Of a DNA stretch of 64,000 bases, positions 1-9,360 are shown piece by piece. How positions within the stretch are numbered: position 1 is the first letter of the stretch; every line of letters begins with the position of its first letter. The DNA is taken from NCBI GenBank assembly GCA_963848295.1, contig CAWKDB010000010.1:3648001-3712000 (forward strand), in the 5' to 3' direction. The DNA comes from an uncultured delta proteobacterium (GTDB taxonomy: Bacteria > Myxococcota_A > Polyangia > Haliangiales > Haliangiaceae). The notes below the pieces were generated by a model, which did not search any database, was not told the origin of the DNA, and saw only the letters and a program-made list of their open reading frames with translations. A program made the translations under genes and the position numbers.

Positions 1-1
1 C

Positions 2-583
2 GCCGCCGGCCTGACCTCGACGACCGAGCTGTCCGCTGAAGTGGGCGTCATCGGCGACGCCACCACGTTCGCGGTCGGGCTCAAGCAAGTGATCGTGCAC
101 GGCGCGCGCTGGCGCATCGCGATCGAAGGCAGCGCGCGTCAGATCAACCCATTTGCGGTCGCACAGCCTGCGATCGGCGGCGAGCCCATCGGCGGCGAGC
201 CCAATGGCGATGGATTCGACTATCGGGCCCCGAGCACGAATCTGCTCGGCATCGGTGGCGTCGCCACCGCTTGCATCGACGATGGCTGCCGCGTGCTCGT
301 CACGGGCGGAGCGCAGGCGCTGGTCCAGCTCGGCACCGGCGAGGTCACGCCACTCGTGTGGGCCGACATCGAGGCCGGCGCACCGAGGCTGCGCGCGATC
401 GCCGAGGTCGCGAATATCGGCGACACCGGGATGGGCGGCTCCGGCGGCTCGATCTATGTCGTCGCGGGGCGCGGCGGTTGGCGTCGGCTGATGTTCGAAG
501 CCGGCGCGGCGTTCCTACCCGGCGACTACGCTGGTGCGAGCACGCAGACGATGCCGTACGTCGGCGTCATCGCGCGCCCCTAG
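2..583 (+). CDS. Hypothetical protein, 5'-partial; C-terminus resembles outer-membrane beta-strands
   Basis: Frame of ORF 41..583 stays open back to the window edge. C-terminus (RLMFEAGAAF...MPYVGVIARP) has an alternating hydrophobic pattern. Confidence 0.55.
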   Translation, partial: AAGLTSTTELSAEVGVIGDATTFAVGLKQVIVHGARWRIAIEGSARQINPFAVAQPAIGGEPIGGEPNGDGFDYRAPSTNLLGIGGVATACIDDGCRVLVTGGAQALVQLGTGEVTPLVWADIEAGAPRLRAIAEVANIGDTGMGGSGGSIYVVAGRGGWRRLMFEAGAAFLPGDYAGASTQTMPYVGVIARP

Positions 584-601
584 CACGCGCTATAAAACGG
601 G

Positions 602-1852
602 ATGGCCAAGGCCTTCGCCGAGTCCGTTGGCAAAGGGCTGATCGACGCGAAAGCCGCGGCGAAGTTCCTGTCGGTGCAACCGCGCACGCTCTACGCCTAC
701 GTCAGTCGCGGGCTCGTGCGCAGCGTCGCGGGCGCGCGCGGCCGACCTCGGTTGTACGCGACCGCGGATCTCGAACGGCTCAAGGCGCGGCGCGATGCGC
801 GCGCCGGTCACGCGCCGGTCGCCGCGGGTGCGCTGCGCTGGGGTGAGCCGGTGCTCGACTCTGCGATCACCGCGATCACGCCACGAGGCCCGGCCTATCG
901 TGGCCGACTCGCGACCGAGCTCGCCGCGAACGGCACGCGGTTCGAGAATGTCGCGGAGCTGCTGTGGTCCGGATATCTCCCGGTCGAGCCGATCGTCTGG
1001 CCGCACGGAGCGGTGCCGGTCGCGGCGCTCGCGAAGCTGGTGACCGATGGCGCGCGTCCGCTCGACGTCATGCCGCTGGTCGTGCAGGTCGCGGCGCTCG
1101 GCGATTCGGGTCGCGGCGATCGCCGGCCCGACGCGATCATCTCGCGCGGTCGCCAGCTCATCCCGCTGCTCGCCGCCGCGCTCGCGCCCGATTTCTCCGC
1201 CGCCGCGGTGACGCGCGCGCTCGGGGCAGGACGGATCGGCGCGATCGCCGCGCGTGCACTCGGCCTGGATGACGCGGCCGCCGACGCGATCGACGTCGCA
1301 CTCGTCGTCCTCGCCGACCACGAGCTCAACGCCTCGAGCTTCGCGGCGCGGATCGCGGCGTCGACCGAAGCCGATCCATATGCGTGCGTCGCTGCGGCCC
1401 TCGCGACGGTCTCCGGTCCGAAGCACGGCAGTGCCGCCGAAGACATCGCGCGGCTCGCCGACGAGATCGGCGGTCCCGAGCACGTCACCGCGGCGGTGCG
1501 TTCGCTGCGCAGGATCGGGCGGATGCCGGTCGGCTTCGGTCATCCGCTCTATCCCGACGGTGATCCACGCGCGATCCCGTTGCTCGCGGCGGCGCGGAGC
1601 TCGAGCCATCGCCGGGCGCGCACGCTCGTCGCACTCGCCGATGGGTTCGCCGCCGTTGGCGACCATCCGAGCGTCGATGTCGGGCTCGCGGCGTTCGTCG
1701 CGTCGCTCGACGCGTCGCCGGCCGCCGGATCGGGGCTGTTCGCGGTCGCGCGCAGCGCCGGATGGCTCGCCCATGCACTCGAGCAACGCGCCGCCGGCTA
1801 CTTGCTGCGGCCGCGCGCCCGCTACACCGGAGTGCCGGTCCCGCCGCGCTAG
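602..1852 (+). CDS. Citrate synthase-family protein with N-terminal helix-turn-helix
   Basis: N-terminal HTH-like segment IDAKAAAKFLSVQPRTLYAYVSRGL. Citrate synthase motifs LADHELNAS, GPKHG, GFGHPLY, SVD and ARSAGWLAH. Confidence 0.88.
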   Translation: MAKAFAESVGKGLIDAKAAAKFLSVQPRTLYAYVSRGLVRSVAGARGRPRLYATADLERLKARRDARAGHAPVAAGALRWGEPVLDSAITAITPRGPAYRGRLATELAANGTRFENVAELLWSGYLPVEPIVWPHGAVPVAALAKLVTDGARPLDVMPLVVQVAALGDSGRGDRRPDAIISRGRQLIPLLAAALAPDFSAAAVTRALGAGRIGAIAARALGLDDAAADAIDVALVVLADHELNASSFAARIAASTEADPYACVAAALATVSGPKHGSAAEDIARLADEIGGPEHVTAAVRSLRRIGRMPVGFGHPLYPDGDPRAIPLLAAARSSSHRRARTLVALADGFAAVGDHPSVDVGLAAFVASLDASPAAGSGLFAVARSAGWLAHALEQRAAGYLLRPRARYTGVPVPPR

Positions 1853-1928
1853 GCGTCGTCGCGCACGCGAGAAACTCAGTTCCACCCACTCGCGCCGGCT
1901 TCCCGCGAGGTAGTGTCCGCGGTCGAGG

Positions 1929-2828
1929 ATGGTGGCTCGCGTCATCGCGCTCGTGGTCGTCATCGCCGCCGCCGCGGTCGCGCGCGCGGAGCCGGCGAGC
2001 TCGCCGAAGCATCCGGGGCTGTCGCTCGCGGGTGGCCACGCGAAGGTGGCATGCGTGACCTGCCACGATCGCGGCAACGACAAGCCGCCGTCGAAAGGGT
2101 CGACGTGCGCGAGCTGTCACACCGACGCGCACCACGGCGAGTTCGCCGCCCGCAACAACGGCGAGTGCGCGGGCTGCCACACGGTCGACGGCTTTGCGCC
2201 GACGACGTTCGGCGTGGTCCAGCACGCCTCGACCGGCTACGTGCTCGACGGCCAGCATGCGGCGACGCCGTGCACCGGCTGTCATCCCGGCCCGAAGCCG
2301 CGGCTCGGCTGGCAGCTCGGCGGCACCGCGTGTCTCGACTGTCATCAGAACCCGCACGGCACGCAGTTCGCGAACGAGATGACGACCGACGGTTGCGCGC
2401 ACTGCCACGTGGCCTACAGCTGGCACCAACTGAAAGTCGAACACTCGACCTGGCCGCTGCTCGGCGCGCATGCGCGCACGGCATGCGAAGGCTGTCACGG
2501 CGCGCAACCGAGAGGCGCGCCGGCCGCGGCGTATCGCGGCATCCCGCGCACGTGCGAAGGCTGTCACGAGGACATCCACGCCGCGCAGTTTCGCCAGACG
2601 CCGCCGGTGAAGACCTGCGACGGCTGCCACTTGACCGAGACGTGGACGATCGCGAAGTTCGATCACGACAAGACGCGCTATCCACTCGAGGGAGCGCACG
2701 TCGGGCTCGCATGCGCGCAGTGCCATCCGACCGCGACGCTGCGCGATGGCCAGCAAGCGGTGCGCTGGCGGCTCGGCTACGTCGAGTGCAAGGCTTGCCA
2801 CGCCGATCCTCACGCAGGTGCCAAGTGA
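1929..2828 (+). CDS. Periplasmic multiheme cytochrome c (11 CxxCH)
   Basis: Signal peptide ending ARA-E. 11 CxxCH motifs counted, with recurring (F/W/Y)-x-L-x-G-x-H segments before hemes. Confidence 0.9.
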   Translation: MVARVIALVVVIAAAAVARAEPASSPKHPGLSLAGGHAKVACVTCHDRGNDKPPSKGSTCASCHTDAHHGEFAARNNGECAGCHTVDGFAPTTFGVVQHASTGYVLDGQHAATPCTGCHPGPKPRLGWQLGGTACLDCHQNPHGTQFANEMTTDGCAHCHVAYSWHQLKVEHSTWPLLGAHARTACEGCHGAQPRGAPAAAYRGIPRTCEGCHEDIHAAQFRQTPPVKTCDGCHLTETWTIAKFDHDKTRYPLEGAHVGLACAQCHPTATLRDGQQAVRWRLGYVECKACHADPHAGAK

Positions 2829-3715
2829 CGCGCGCGCTCGTCGTGCTCGTGTTGTCGGTCGGCGTCGCGACGGCGGCGCCCGGCGTGGCGCACGACGGCG
2901 TCACCGGCGATCTCGATTGCAGCGCGTGCCACACCGCCGCGAGCTGGAAGTTGTCCGCGACCGCGGGCGCCAGCGGCTTCGATCATGATCGCACCGGCTT
3001 CCCGTTGCGAGGCGCGCATGTCCAGACGTCCTGCGCGGGTTGCCACGACAGCGCGAAGCTTCCATCGACGGCCGGGGCTCGCCCCCGGACGGCAGCGTCG
3101 CCGGATGGCGATGCGGTTCCATCGACGTGCGACGGCTGTCATCGCGATCCGCACCTCGGGCGGATGACTGGCCAGTGCTACGAGTGCCACACCGCGGTCG
3201 CGTGGTCCGACGTCGACGCGCTCGAGCAACATCGCCGCACCCGCATGCCGCTGACCGGCAAGCATGCCGTGATCGATTGCGTCGCGTGTCACAAGAATCA
3301 AGCGGCGCGGCAGTACAGCGACACCCCGGTCGACTGCTTCGCGTGCCACCAAGCCGACTATCGCGCCGCGACGACTCACCCGAACCACGATGGCACCGAT
3401 CCGAAGGGCGACGGCAAGCCGTACCCGCGCGCCTGCGCGATGTGCCACAACCCGATCGGCTGGTCGCCGGCGTTCAGCTCGCCGAGCTTCACCGCGCAGA
3501 TCGCGCGCGCCGAGCACGAGTCGTCGTTCTCGCTGACCACCGGCAGTCACCGCACGGTCGAGTGCAGCGGCTGTCACATCGATCGCCGCCGCCCGCGCGC
3601 GGTGCGCTGCGACGGTTGTCACGACGAGAATTCGCTGCGCGGCCAGCACCGCAGTCGGGTCACGACCGAAGCGACGAGCTGCTTGCATTGTCATCCGCGA
3701 GGCGCGAGGCGATGA
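2825..3715 (+). CDS. Periplasmic multiheme cytochrome c (10 CxxCH)
   Basis: GTG at 2825 overlaps the upstream TGA (GTGA). Signal peptide VTRALVVLVLSVGVATA; 10 CxxCH motifs. The ORF-track start at 1913 is over-extended. Confidence 0.9.
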   Translation: MTRALVVLVLSVGVATAAPGVAHDGVTGDLDCSACHTAASWKLSATAGASGFDHDRTGFPLRGAHVQTSCAGCHDSAKLPSTAGARPRTAASPDGDAVPSTCDGCHRDPHLGRMTGQCYECHTAVAWSDVDALEQHRRTRMPLTGKHAVIDCVACHKNQAARQYSDTPVDCFACHQADYRAATTHPNHDGTDPKGDGKPYPRACAMCHNPIGWSPAFSSPSFTAQIARAEHESSFSLTTGSHRTVECSGCHIDRRRPRAVRCDGCHDENSLRGQHRSRVTTEATSCLHCHPRGARR

Positions 3716-5331
3716 ATCGGCTCGTGCTCGTCGCGGCGGTCGTCGCCGGCTCTGCGCAGCCCGCGCGCGCCGACCGGCTCGCGGTCAGCGTCGTCGAGAT
3801 CGCGGGCGCCAACGCGTACTTGTCGCCCGGTCGCGCGGCCGGGCTCGGTCCGGGCTCGCATGTCGAGCTCCACGGCCGTGACTTCGTCGTGATCGGAGCG
3901 ACCGAGAAGTTCGCGGTGATCGATCGCGCGGGCTCGCCGCTCGCGATCGGCGAAGCCGGGATCGCGAACGCCACGCCGTCGCGGCTCGACCGTGACGAGA
4001 AGCTGCCGGCGCCGAAGCCGCTCGAAGCGTTTCGCGATCAATGGCCGACCGCCGAGCTCCCGGCCGCGACCCAGCACGTTGCGGCCGTGGCACTCGGTGC
4101 TGGCGCCGCCGCAGGCCGGTCGCGGCTGACGATAACGAGCACGCTGTCCGGCGGCCTCGACAGCGCCGGTACGAATGGCGAGCTCGAGACCCGCGCGATC
4201 GGATCGTTCGCGCTGTCATCGCAACAACCGCTCGGCGCGGACGTCGACGCCGCTTTTCGCTTGTTCGGCGACGGTTGGAACGCGCACGAGCGCACGCCGC
4301 TGTTCGTCAACGCCGCGCAGCTGCGGTGGGGAGACCCGGCAGATCCGAATGTGCTCGTGGGTCGCTTGCGCTATGCCGCGACGTCGCTCGGCATGCTCGA
4401 CGGCGGCCGAGCCATGCTGCACGTCGGCGACCTCGAGCTCGCCGCGTTCGGGGGCGTGTTACCGGATCCGGTGAGCGGTCATCCCGACACCGACGCATCC
4501 GAGTTCGGCGCCGAGCTCGTGTGGGATCGCGCGAGGTCGGCGTGGCAGCCGCGCGTCGCGTTGACCGCGCACGGCACGACGTGGGACGGCGCGATCGACG
4601 AGCGCGTCGTCTCGGTCGCCGCGAGCGCGCATCACGACGCGGTGCTGCTCGATGCGTGGGCCGACGCGCAGATGTTCTCGGCAGACAATCCGTGGAACGC
4701 GCCGACGATCGACCTGACCGGCGCCGGCGCGACCGCGGAGTGGCGCCACCTCGGCAGTCACCTCGGCATCGATCTGACATTCTTGCGGCCGCAACGCTCG
4801 CTCCGTCTCGCCGCCGCGTTGCCCGCGGACTGGCTGTGCGCGCGCGCGCCACAACCGGGCAACATCGCCGAGTCGTGCCTCGGCGAAGACTATTGGCTCG
4901 CGGCGACGGCCTCGGCCGGCAAGAGCGGTCATGGTTGGTCGGTCGACGCGGTCGGGTCGATCGGCGAGACCCGAGGCGTCGCGAGCGGCTACGACACCTC
5001 GGGCTACGTGCGCGCCGAGCTCGGCCCGCGCGTCGTGCGGTTCGTGCTCGCGCCGGCCGGAGGTCACGATAACTTCGGAGCGTGGGTCGCGACCGACATC
5101 GGCGTCGCCACCGCGCCGTCGCGCCAGCTCGACCTCGCGGTGACCTATCGGCCGGAGCGGCTCGACTACGTCGCCGCCGCGGGCGCGACGTTCGTCCAAG
5201 CGCTCGTCACCGAGCTTCACTGGTCGGTCACGCCATCGTTCGACGTCGCGGTCTCCGCGGTCGGCAGCATCGGTGGTGATCTGAACGTGCTCGATCTGAT
5301 CACGACGCTCGCGTGGAGGCCGCTGCGATGA
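3712..5331 (+). CDS. Putative outer-membrane beta-barrel (porin partner of the cytochromes)
   Basis: ATG at 3712 overlaps the upstream stop (ATGA). Signal peptide MNRLVLVAAVVAGSAQPARA, many amphipathic strand-like segments, terminal strand LITTLAWRP. Lies between multiheme genes. Confidence 0.7.
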   Translation: MNRLVLVAAVVAGSAQPARADRLAVSVVEIAGANAYLSPGRAAGLGPGSHVELHGRDFVVIGATEKFAVIDRAGSPLAIGEAGIANATPSRLDRDEKLPAPKPLEAFRDQWPTAELPAATQHVAAVALGAGAAAGRSRLTITSTLSGGLDSAGTNGELETRAIGSFALSSQQPLGADVDAAFRLFGDGWNAHERTPLFVNAAQLRWGDPADPNVLVGRLRYAATSLGMLDGGRAMLHVGDLELAAFGGVLPDPVSGHPDTDASEFGAELVWDRARSAWQPRVALTAHGTTWDGAIDERVVSVAASAHHDAVLLDAWADAQMFSADNPWNAPTIDLTGAGATAEWRHLGSHLGIDLTFLRPQRSLRLAAALPADWLCARAPQPGNIAESCLGEDYWLAATASAGKSGHGWSVDAVGSIGETRGVASGYDTSGYVRAELGPRVVRFVLAPAGGHDNFGAWVATDIGVATAPSRQLDLAVTYRPERLDYVAAAGATFVQALVTELHWSVTPSFDVAVSAVGSIGGDLNVLDLITTLAWRPLR

Positions 5332-5771
5332 GGCGGAGCTTGATCCTCGTCGCGCTCGCCGCGTGCACCGAGCCACACGGCACGGACCACGTCTCGCTCG
5401 CGTCCGACGCTTGCGTGACCTGCCACGTTGCGTCCGTGCCGAACGCGCTCGTCCATCCCGAGACGATGTTCCCGATCGCGGCGCAGAGCTCGCCGCACCT
5501 CGACGTCGACTGCGACGACTGCCACGACTTCTGCCGCGGCTACGGCCTGCTCGGCCTTCACGTCGATTGCACGAACGAGTGCCACCTGCGCAACGACCCG
5601 TCGAACGCGTGCCTCGAGTATCCGGCGTCGATGGGCACCAAGCCGTGCGGAGCGATCGACTCGACCCACACCGATGGCATGCACGACGATCCGGTGACCG
5701 GCGCGCCGTACGCGTGGGACACCGTGGACCACGACTTCTGCGTGGAGTGCCACCCAGCCGGCCTGCGTTAG
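5328..5771 (+). CDS. Lipoprotein multiheme cytochrome c (3 CxxCH plus 1 CxxxCH)
   Basis: ATGA overlap; lipobox LAAC; motifs CVTCH, CDDCH, CVECH and atypical CTNECH. Confidence 0.8.
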   Translation: MRRSLILVALAACTEPHGTDHVSLASDACVTCHVASVPNALVHPETMFPIAAQSSPHLDVDCDDCHDFCRGYGLLGLHVDCTNECHLRNDPSNACLEYPASMGTKPCGAIDSTHTDGMHDDPVTGAPYAWDTVDHDFCVECHPAGLR

Positions 5772-5775
5772 CGCG

Positions 5776-6168
5776 CTACGCCTGGATGCCGTTGGGCGCG
5801 GCGGGATCGAACGTGGCCTTCGACACCGGCAAGCCGCGGAGCACCAGCGTCAGCACCGTGCCGCCACCGGCGACGTACGCCTTGGGCAAGAACAAGTAGT
5901 AGTTCTTGACGCCGTCTTCCGGTGCCGGTCCATGGGCTTGCGTGCCGGAGCTGCCGGTCAGCATGCGGACCTTTTCCCCGGGGGCGAGCACGAACCCGGG
6001 GTCGATGATGCCGAGCAAGGACTTCTTGCTCGAGCCTTTACGACCCACGGTCATCCCGCAGCCGCGCGTATTGAATGGAGCCTTGCCGACGTTCTCGAGG
6101 ATCACCCACTCGCTGTTGAGCGCCTCTGCGGTTTCGGCGGCCTTGATCTCGACGAAGCGGATCGCCAT
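5776..6168 (-). CDS. Lamin-tail-domain-like small protein
   Basis: SEWVILENVG...GFVLAPGEKVRMLTGSG resembles the LTD pattern; codon usage is gene-like; start chosen at ATG 6168. Confidence 0.6.
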   Translation of the reverse strand: MAIRFVEIKAAETAEALNSEWVILENVGKAPFNTRGCGMTVGRKGSSKKSLLGIIDPGFVLAPGEKVRMLTGSSGTQAHGPAPEDGVKNYYLFLPKAYVAGGGTVLTLVLRGLPVSKATFDPAAPNGIQA

Positions 6169-6232
6169 AAGCGCGCGCAGCATACACCGCCCTTCCGTTG
6201 CATTCGGGCCTAAAGCATCGATAATGCGGGCG

Positions 6233-6637
6233 ATGGCCAAAGAGGTGATCCGCGTCGTCGCCGCCGTGATCGAGCACGACGGCCGCTACCTGATCACCCA
6301 GCGAAACGCGAACGCGGTGTTGCCGATGCTTTGGGAGTTCCCGGGCGGCCGCGTCGAGCGCGACGAATCAGAGACGACCGCGCTGTCGCGCGAAGTCCGG
6401 TTGCGCATCGGCGTCGACGTCATCGTCGGCGCGAAGCTCGGCGAGCACCTGCACGACTACACGACCTACCAGGTCCAGCTCACGATGTACAAGTGTCAGC
6501 TCCAAGCCGAGGCGCGGCCGTATCCCGCTGCGGTCGCGGATCTGCGCTGGGTGACCTCGCGCGAGTTCCTCGACTACGACTTCCCGCCGGCTGACGAGAA
6601 GACGATGTCGAAGCTCTTGGGCCTCGTAAGGAACTAG
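6233..6637 (+). CDS. MutT-like NUDIX hydrolase with degenerate Nudix box
   Basis: VVAAVI-x-DGRYLITQR, WEFPGGRVE, FPPAD. Nudix box reads REVRLRIG instead of RExxEExG. Confidence 0.85.
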   Translation: MAKEVIRVVAAVIEHDGRYLITQRNANAVLPMLWEFPGGRVERDESETTALSREVRLRIGVDVIVGAKLGEHLHDYTTYQVQLTMYKCQLQAEARPYPAAVADLRWVTSREFLDYDFPPADEKTMSKLLGLVRN

Positions 6638-6650
6638 ATTCGAGAGGCAG

Positions 6651-7451
6651 TTGCGGATACGCAGTCTCGCGCTCACGACCGAGCTCGCGTTGGCCGCTAC
6701 GCGCGGGCGCATCACCGACCGCGGTGACTACATCGTCGTCGAGAGTCCCGACGACCCGGGCTACTACTACGGCAACCTGCTCGTGCTGCCGGCGGCGCCG
6801 CAGGTCGGCGAGGTCGCGTACTGGACGCGGCGGTTCGGAGAAGAGCTCGGTCACAATCCGCTGATCCGTCACGTGACATTGCAATGGGACGACATCACCG
6901 GCGATGTCGGCGCCGGCGACGAGCTCGTCGCCGCCGGGTTCCAGCTCGAGGTCAATCAGGTCATGGTCGCCGAGGTGGTGACCGCGCCGCCGGCGGAGCT
7001 GCCGACGCGCGAGCTCGAACCGGACGACGTGCTCGCCACCGTCGATCTCGCGTGGGCGATCGGCGATCGCCACGACGAGGCGTATCGCAGCTTCTTGCAT
7101 CGCCGCGCCGAGTGGCATCGCACGCTCGTCGCTCGCGGCAGCGCACGATTCTGGGGCGCCTTCGACGGCGCACACTTGGTCGCGAGCCTCGGCCTGGTCG
7201 AGCTGCTCGAGCTCGCGCGCTATCAAGACGTCCAGACCGCGACGGCCTATCGCGGCCGCGGCTTGGCGGGCGCGCTGCTCGCGATCGCGGCTCGTGCGAG
7301 CCCGGCCGAGCGCCGTGTGATCGTCGCCGAGCCGGACAGCACCGCCGCACGGGTCTACGAGCGCGTCGGGTTTCGCACGGTCGAGCGCAGCGCGTCAGCG
7401 TGTCACTACCCGCCCGGGGTCAGCGCACGATCTTCGCGATCACGATGGTGA
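6651..7451 (+). CDS. GNAT-family N-acetyltransferase
   Basis: ARYQDVQTATAYRGRGLAGALL (motif A) and ARVYERVGF (motif B). Confidence 0.85.
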   Translation: MRIRSLALTTELALAATRGRITDRGDYIVVESPDDPGYYYGNLLVLPAAPQVGEVAYWTRRFGEELGHNPLIRHVTLQWDDITGDVGAGDELVAAGFQLEVNQVMVAEVVTAPPAELPTRELEPDDVLATVDLAWAIGDRHDEAYRSFLHRRAEWHRTLVARGSARFWGAFDGAHLVASLGLVELLELARYQDVQTATAYRGRGLAGALLAIAARASPAERRVIVAEPDSTAARVYERVGFRTVERSASACHYPPGVSARSSRSRW

Positions 7452-9324
7452 CGCCGAGCGCGACGAGCAACGCGACGACAAACAGCACCGCGAGGATCCA
7501 CGGCGGGATCGCCTTGGCCGGTTGCGCCGCAGCGGCCGCCCAATCGATCGCGTGCGGATATTGGTCGCCGACCGGCGACATCAGATTCGCCGCCGCCTTC
7601 GGATCGCTGGCCGGGACCTGCGCCCGGCCAGCAGCGCTGCCGAATGGCAGCGCGGTTGGATCGATGCTGGGCTCGAACACAGGTGCGCGCTGCGGTGGCG
7701 GGGTATTGCTCGGCGCGAGATCGCTCGACCACGGCCGACCGCCGGCCATGACCGGGTAGGGTGACGCCGGGCCGGGCGGATACGAGCCGGGTGGCTGCGA
7801 CGGTCCCGCGCGCTGCGGCGCCCCGTCGTCCGGGGGGCGCGCGACCGGTTGACTCGCGGTCTGCGCGCGAGCCGGGTCGACGATCTCGCCGCCGATCTGA
7901 GTCGGCGCGAGCGCCGGCTCTTGCTGGGTCTTGCGCTGGACCGCGGGGCGCGGGCCGCTCGGTCGATCGAGGCGCACCTGGGGACCGGTCGGCGGCGCCG
8001 GCAATGGCGCGGGGCCGCCGGTGATCGAGCCGGTCGGCACGCGCATCGGCTGGGGGGTGTGGCGCGCGGCGTGGGCCGCGTCGAGCTCGCGCACCTTGTC
8101 GAGCGGGTTGGCCTCGATCCGCGTGCGGTCGGCGGGGATCTCGTCTTCGTCGTCGGGGTTCCCGATGCCGGCCACGACCTCCTCGAGCGACGCACTGCCG
8201 ACCGAGATCTCCATGACGTCGCTGCTCTCGAGATCGAGCGACTCCTCTTTGTCGCCGCCGAGGTTCACGGTCTCGGCCTTCTTGTCGTCGTCACTCCAGC
8301 GGATGCCGGTGTCGACCGAAACCTCGCGGCCCGAGATCAGCTCGCGCATCCGCTCGCCGTGCTCTTCGATCTCTTGCTTGAAGTACTGATCGAAGAACCG
8401 CGACAGCTCCGCCGGACCCGAACCTTTGCCGCGATGGTGCAGGTACCCGAGCATCGCGTCGCCGAACGCCTCTGCGGTCGGATAGCGCTCGTCCTTGTCC
8501 TTCGCGACGGCCTTGAGCACGATCTCGTCGATCGCCGGATCGAGCTCGTGGTTGATCGCCGACGGTGCCGGTACCGCGCATTCGATCACGGCTTGATAGG
8601 TCTCGTATGCCGACCCTCGCTTGAACAAGCGCTTGCCGGTGAGCAGCTCGTGCACGATCACGCCGAGCGCGAACACGTCGGTGCGGCGATCGACGTTGGT
8701 CGCGATGCATTGCTCGGGCGACATGTACGCGAACTTGCCTTTGATCGTGCCGGCCTTCGTCTTGGTCTCGCGCAGCTCGGCGCGGGCGATGCCGAAGTCG
8801 ACGACCTTGACGATCCCCTCGAAGCTGATCACGAGGTTCTGCGGCGAGATATCGCGATGCACCATGATCAGAGGCTTGCCGTTCGCGGTCCGCTCGTGCG
8901 TGTAGTGCAGCCCGGCCGCCGCTTGGGCCGCGATGTTGAGGATGAGCTGGGTCGGCAAGCGGCCACCCGCGAGCCGCTCGTTCGTGCGCCGCACGATCAT
9001 CGCCAGCGACAGGCCGGCGAGAAACTCCATGACCATGTAATAGCGGTTCTCGTGCTCGCCGAGCTCGAACGTCTGGACGATGTTCGAGTGGTCGAGCATC
9101 GCCGCGAGCCGGGCCTCGTCGAGAAACATCGACACGAAGTCGGCGTCGTCGGCGAGGTGGTCGTGCAGGCACTTGACGACGACGTACTTCTCGAACCCCG
9201 CCGTGCCGCCGATGCGCGCGAGATAGATCTCGGCCGTACCACCGAGCGCGAGTAGCGCCAGGATCTCGTACTTGCCTAGTCGCTTGCCGAGCAGCGACCC
9301 GGCCCCGGCCGGAATCCCGGACAT
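7420..9324 (-). CDS. Ser/Thr protein kinase with Pro-rich linker and C-terminal TM helix
   Basis: VVKCL, HRDISPQN, DFG and YMSPEQ motifs; hydrophobic C-terminus. Confidence 0.92.
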   Translation of the reverse strand: MSGIPAGAGSLLGKRLGKYEILALLALGGTAEIYLARIGGTAGFEKYVVVKCLHDHLADDADFVSMFLDEARLAAMLDHSNIVQTFELGEHENRYYMVMEFLAGLSLAMIVRRTNERLAGGRLPTQLILNIAAQAAAGLHYTHERTANGKPLIMVHRDISPQNLVISFEGIVKVVDFGIARAELRETKTKAGTIKGKFAYMSPEQCIATNVDRRTDVFALGVIVHELLTGKRLFKRGSAYETYQAVIECAVPAPSAINHELDPAIDEIVLKAVAKDKDERYPTAEAFGDAMLGYLHHRGKGSGPAELSRFFDQYFKQEIEEHGERMRELISGREVSVDTGIRWSDDDKKAETVNLGGDKEESLDLESSDVMEISVGSASLEEVVAGIGNPDDEDEIPADRTRIEANPLDKVRELDAAHAARHTPQPMRVPTGSITGGPAPLPAPPTGPQVRLDRPSGPRPAVQRKTQQEPALAPTQIGGEIVDPARAQTASQPVARPPDDGAPQRAGPSQPPGSYPPGPASPYPVMAGGRPWSSDLAPSNTPPPQRAPVFEPSIDPTALPFGSAAGRAQVPASDPKAAANLMSPVGDQYPHAIDWAAAAAQPAKAIPPWILAVLFVVALLVALGVTIVIAKIVR

Positions 9325-9360
9325 CAGGGCAGATCATACCCCGAAGCGGCGCGCGCGGGC

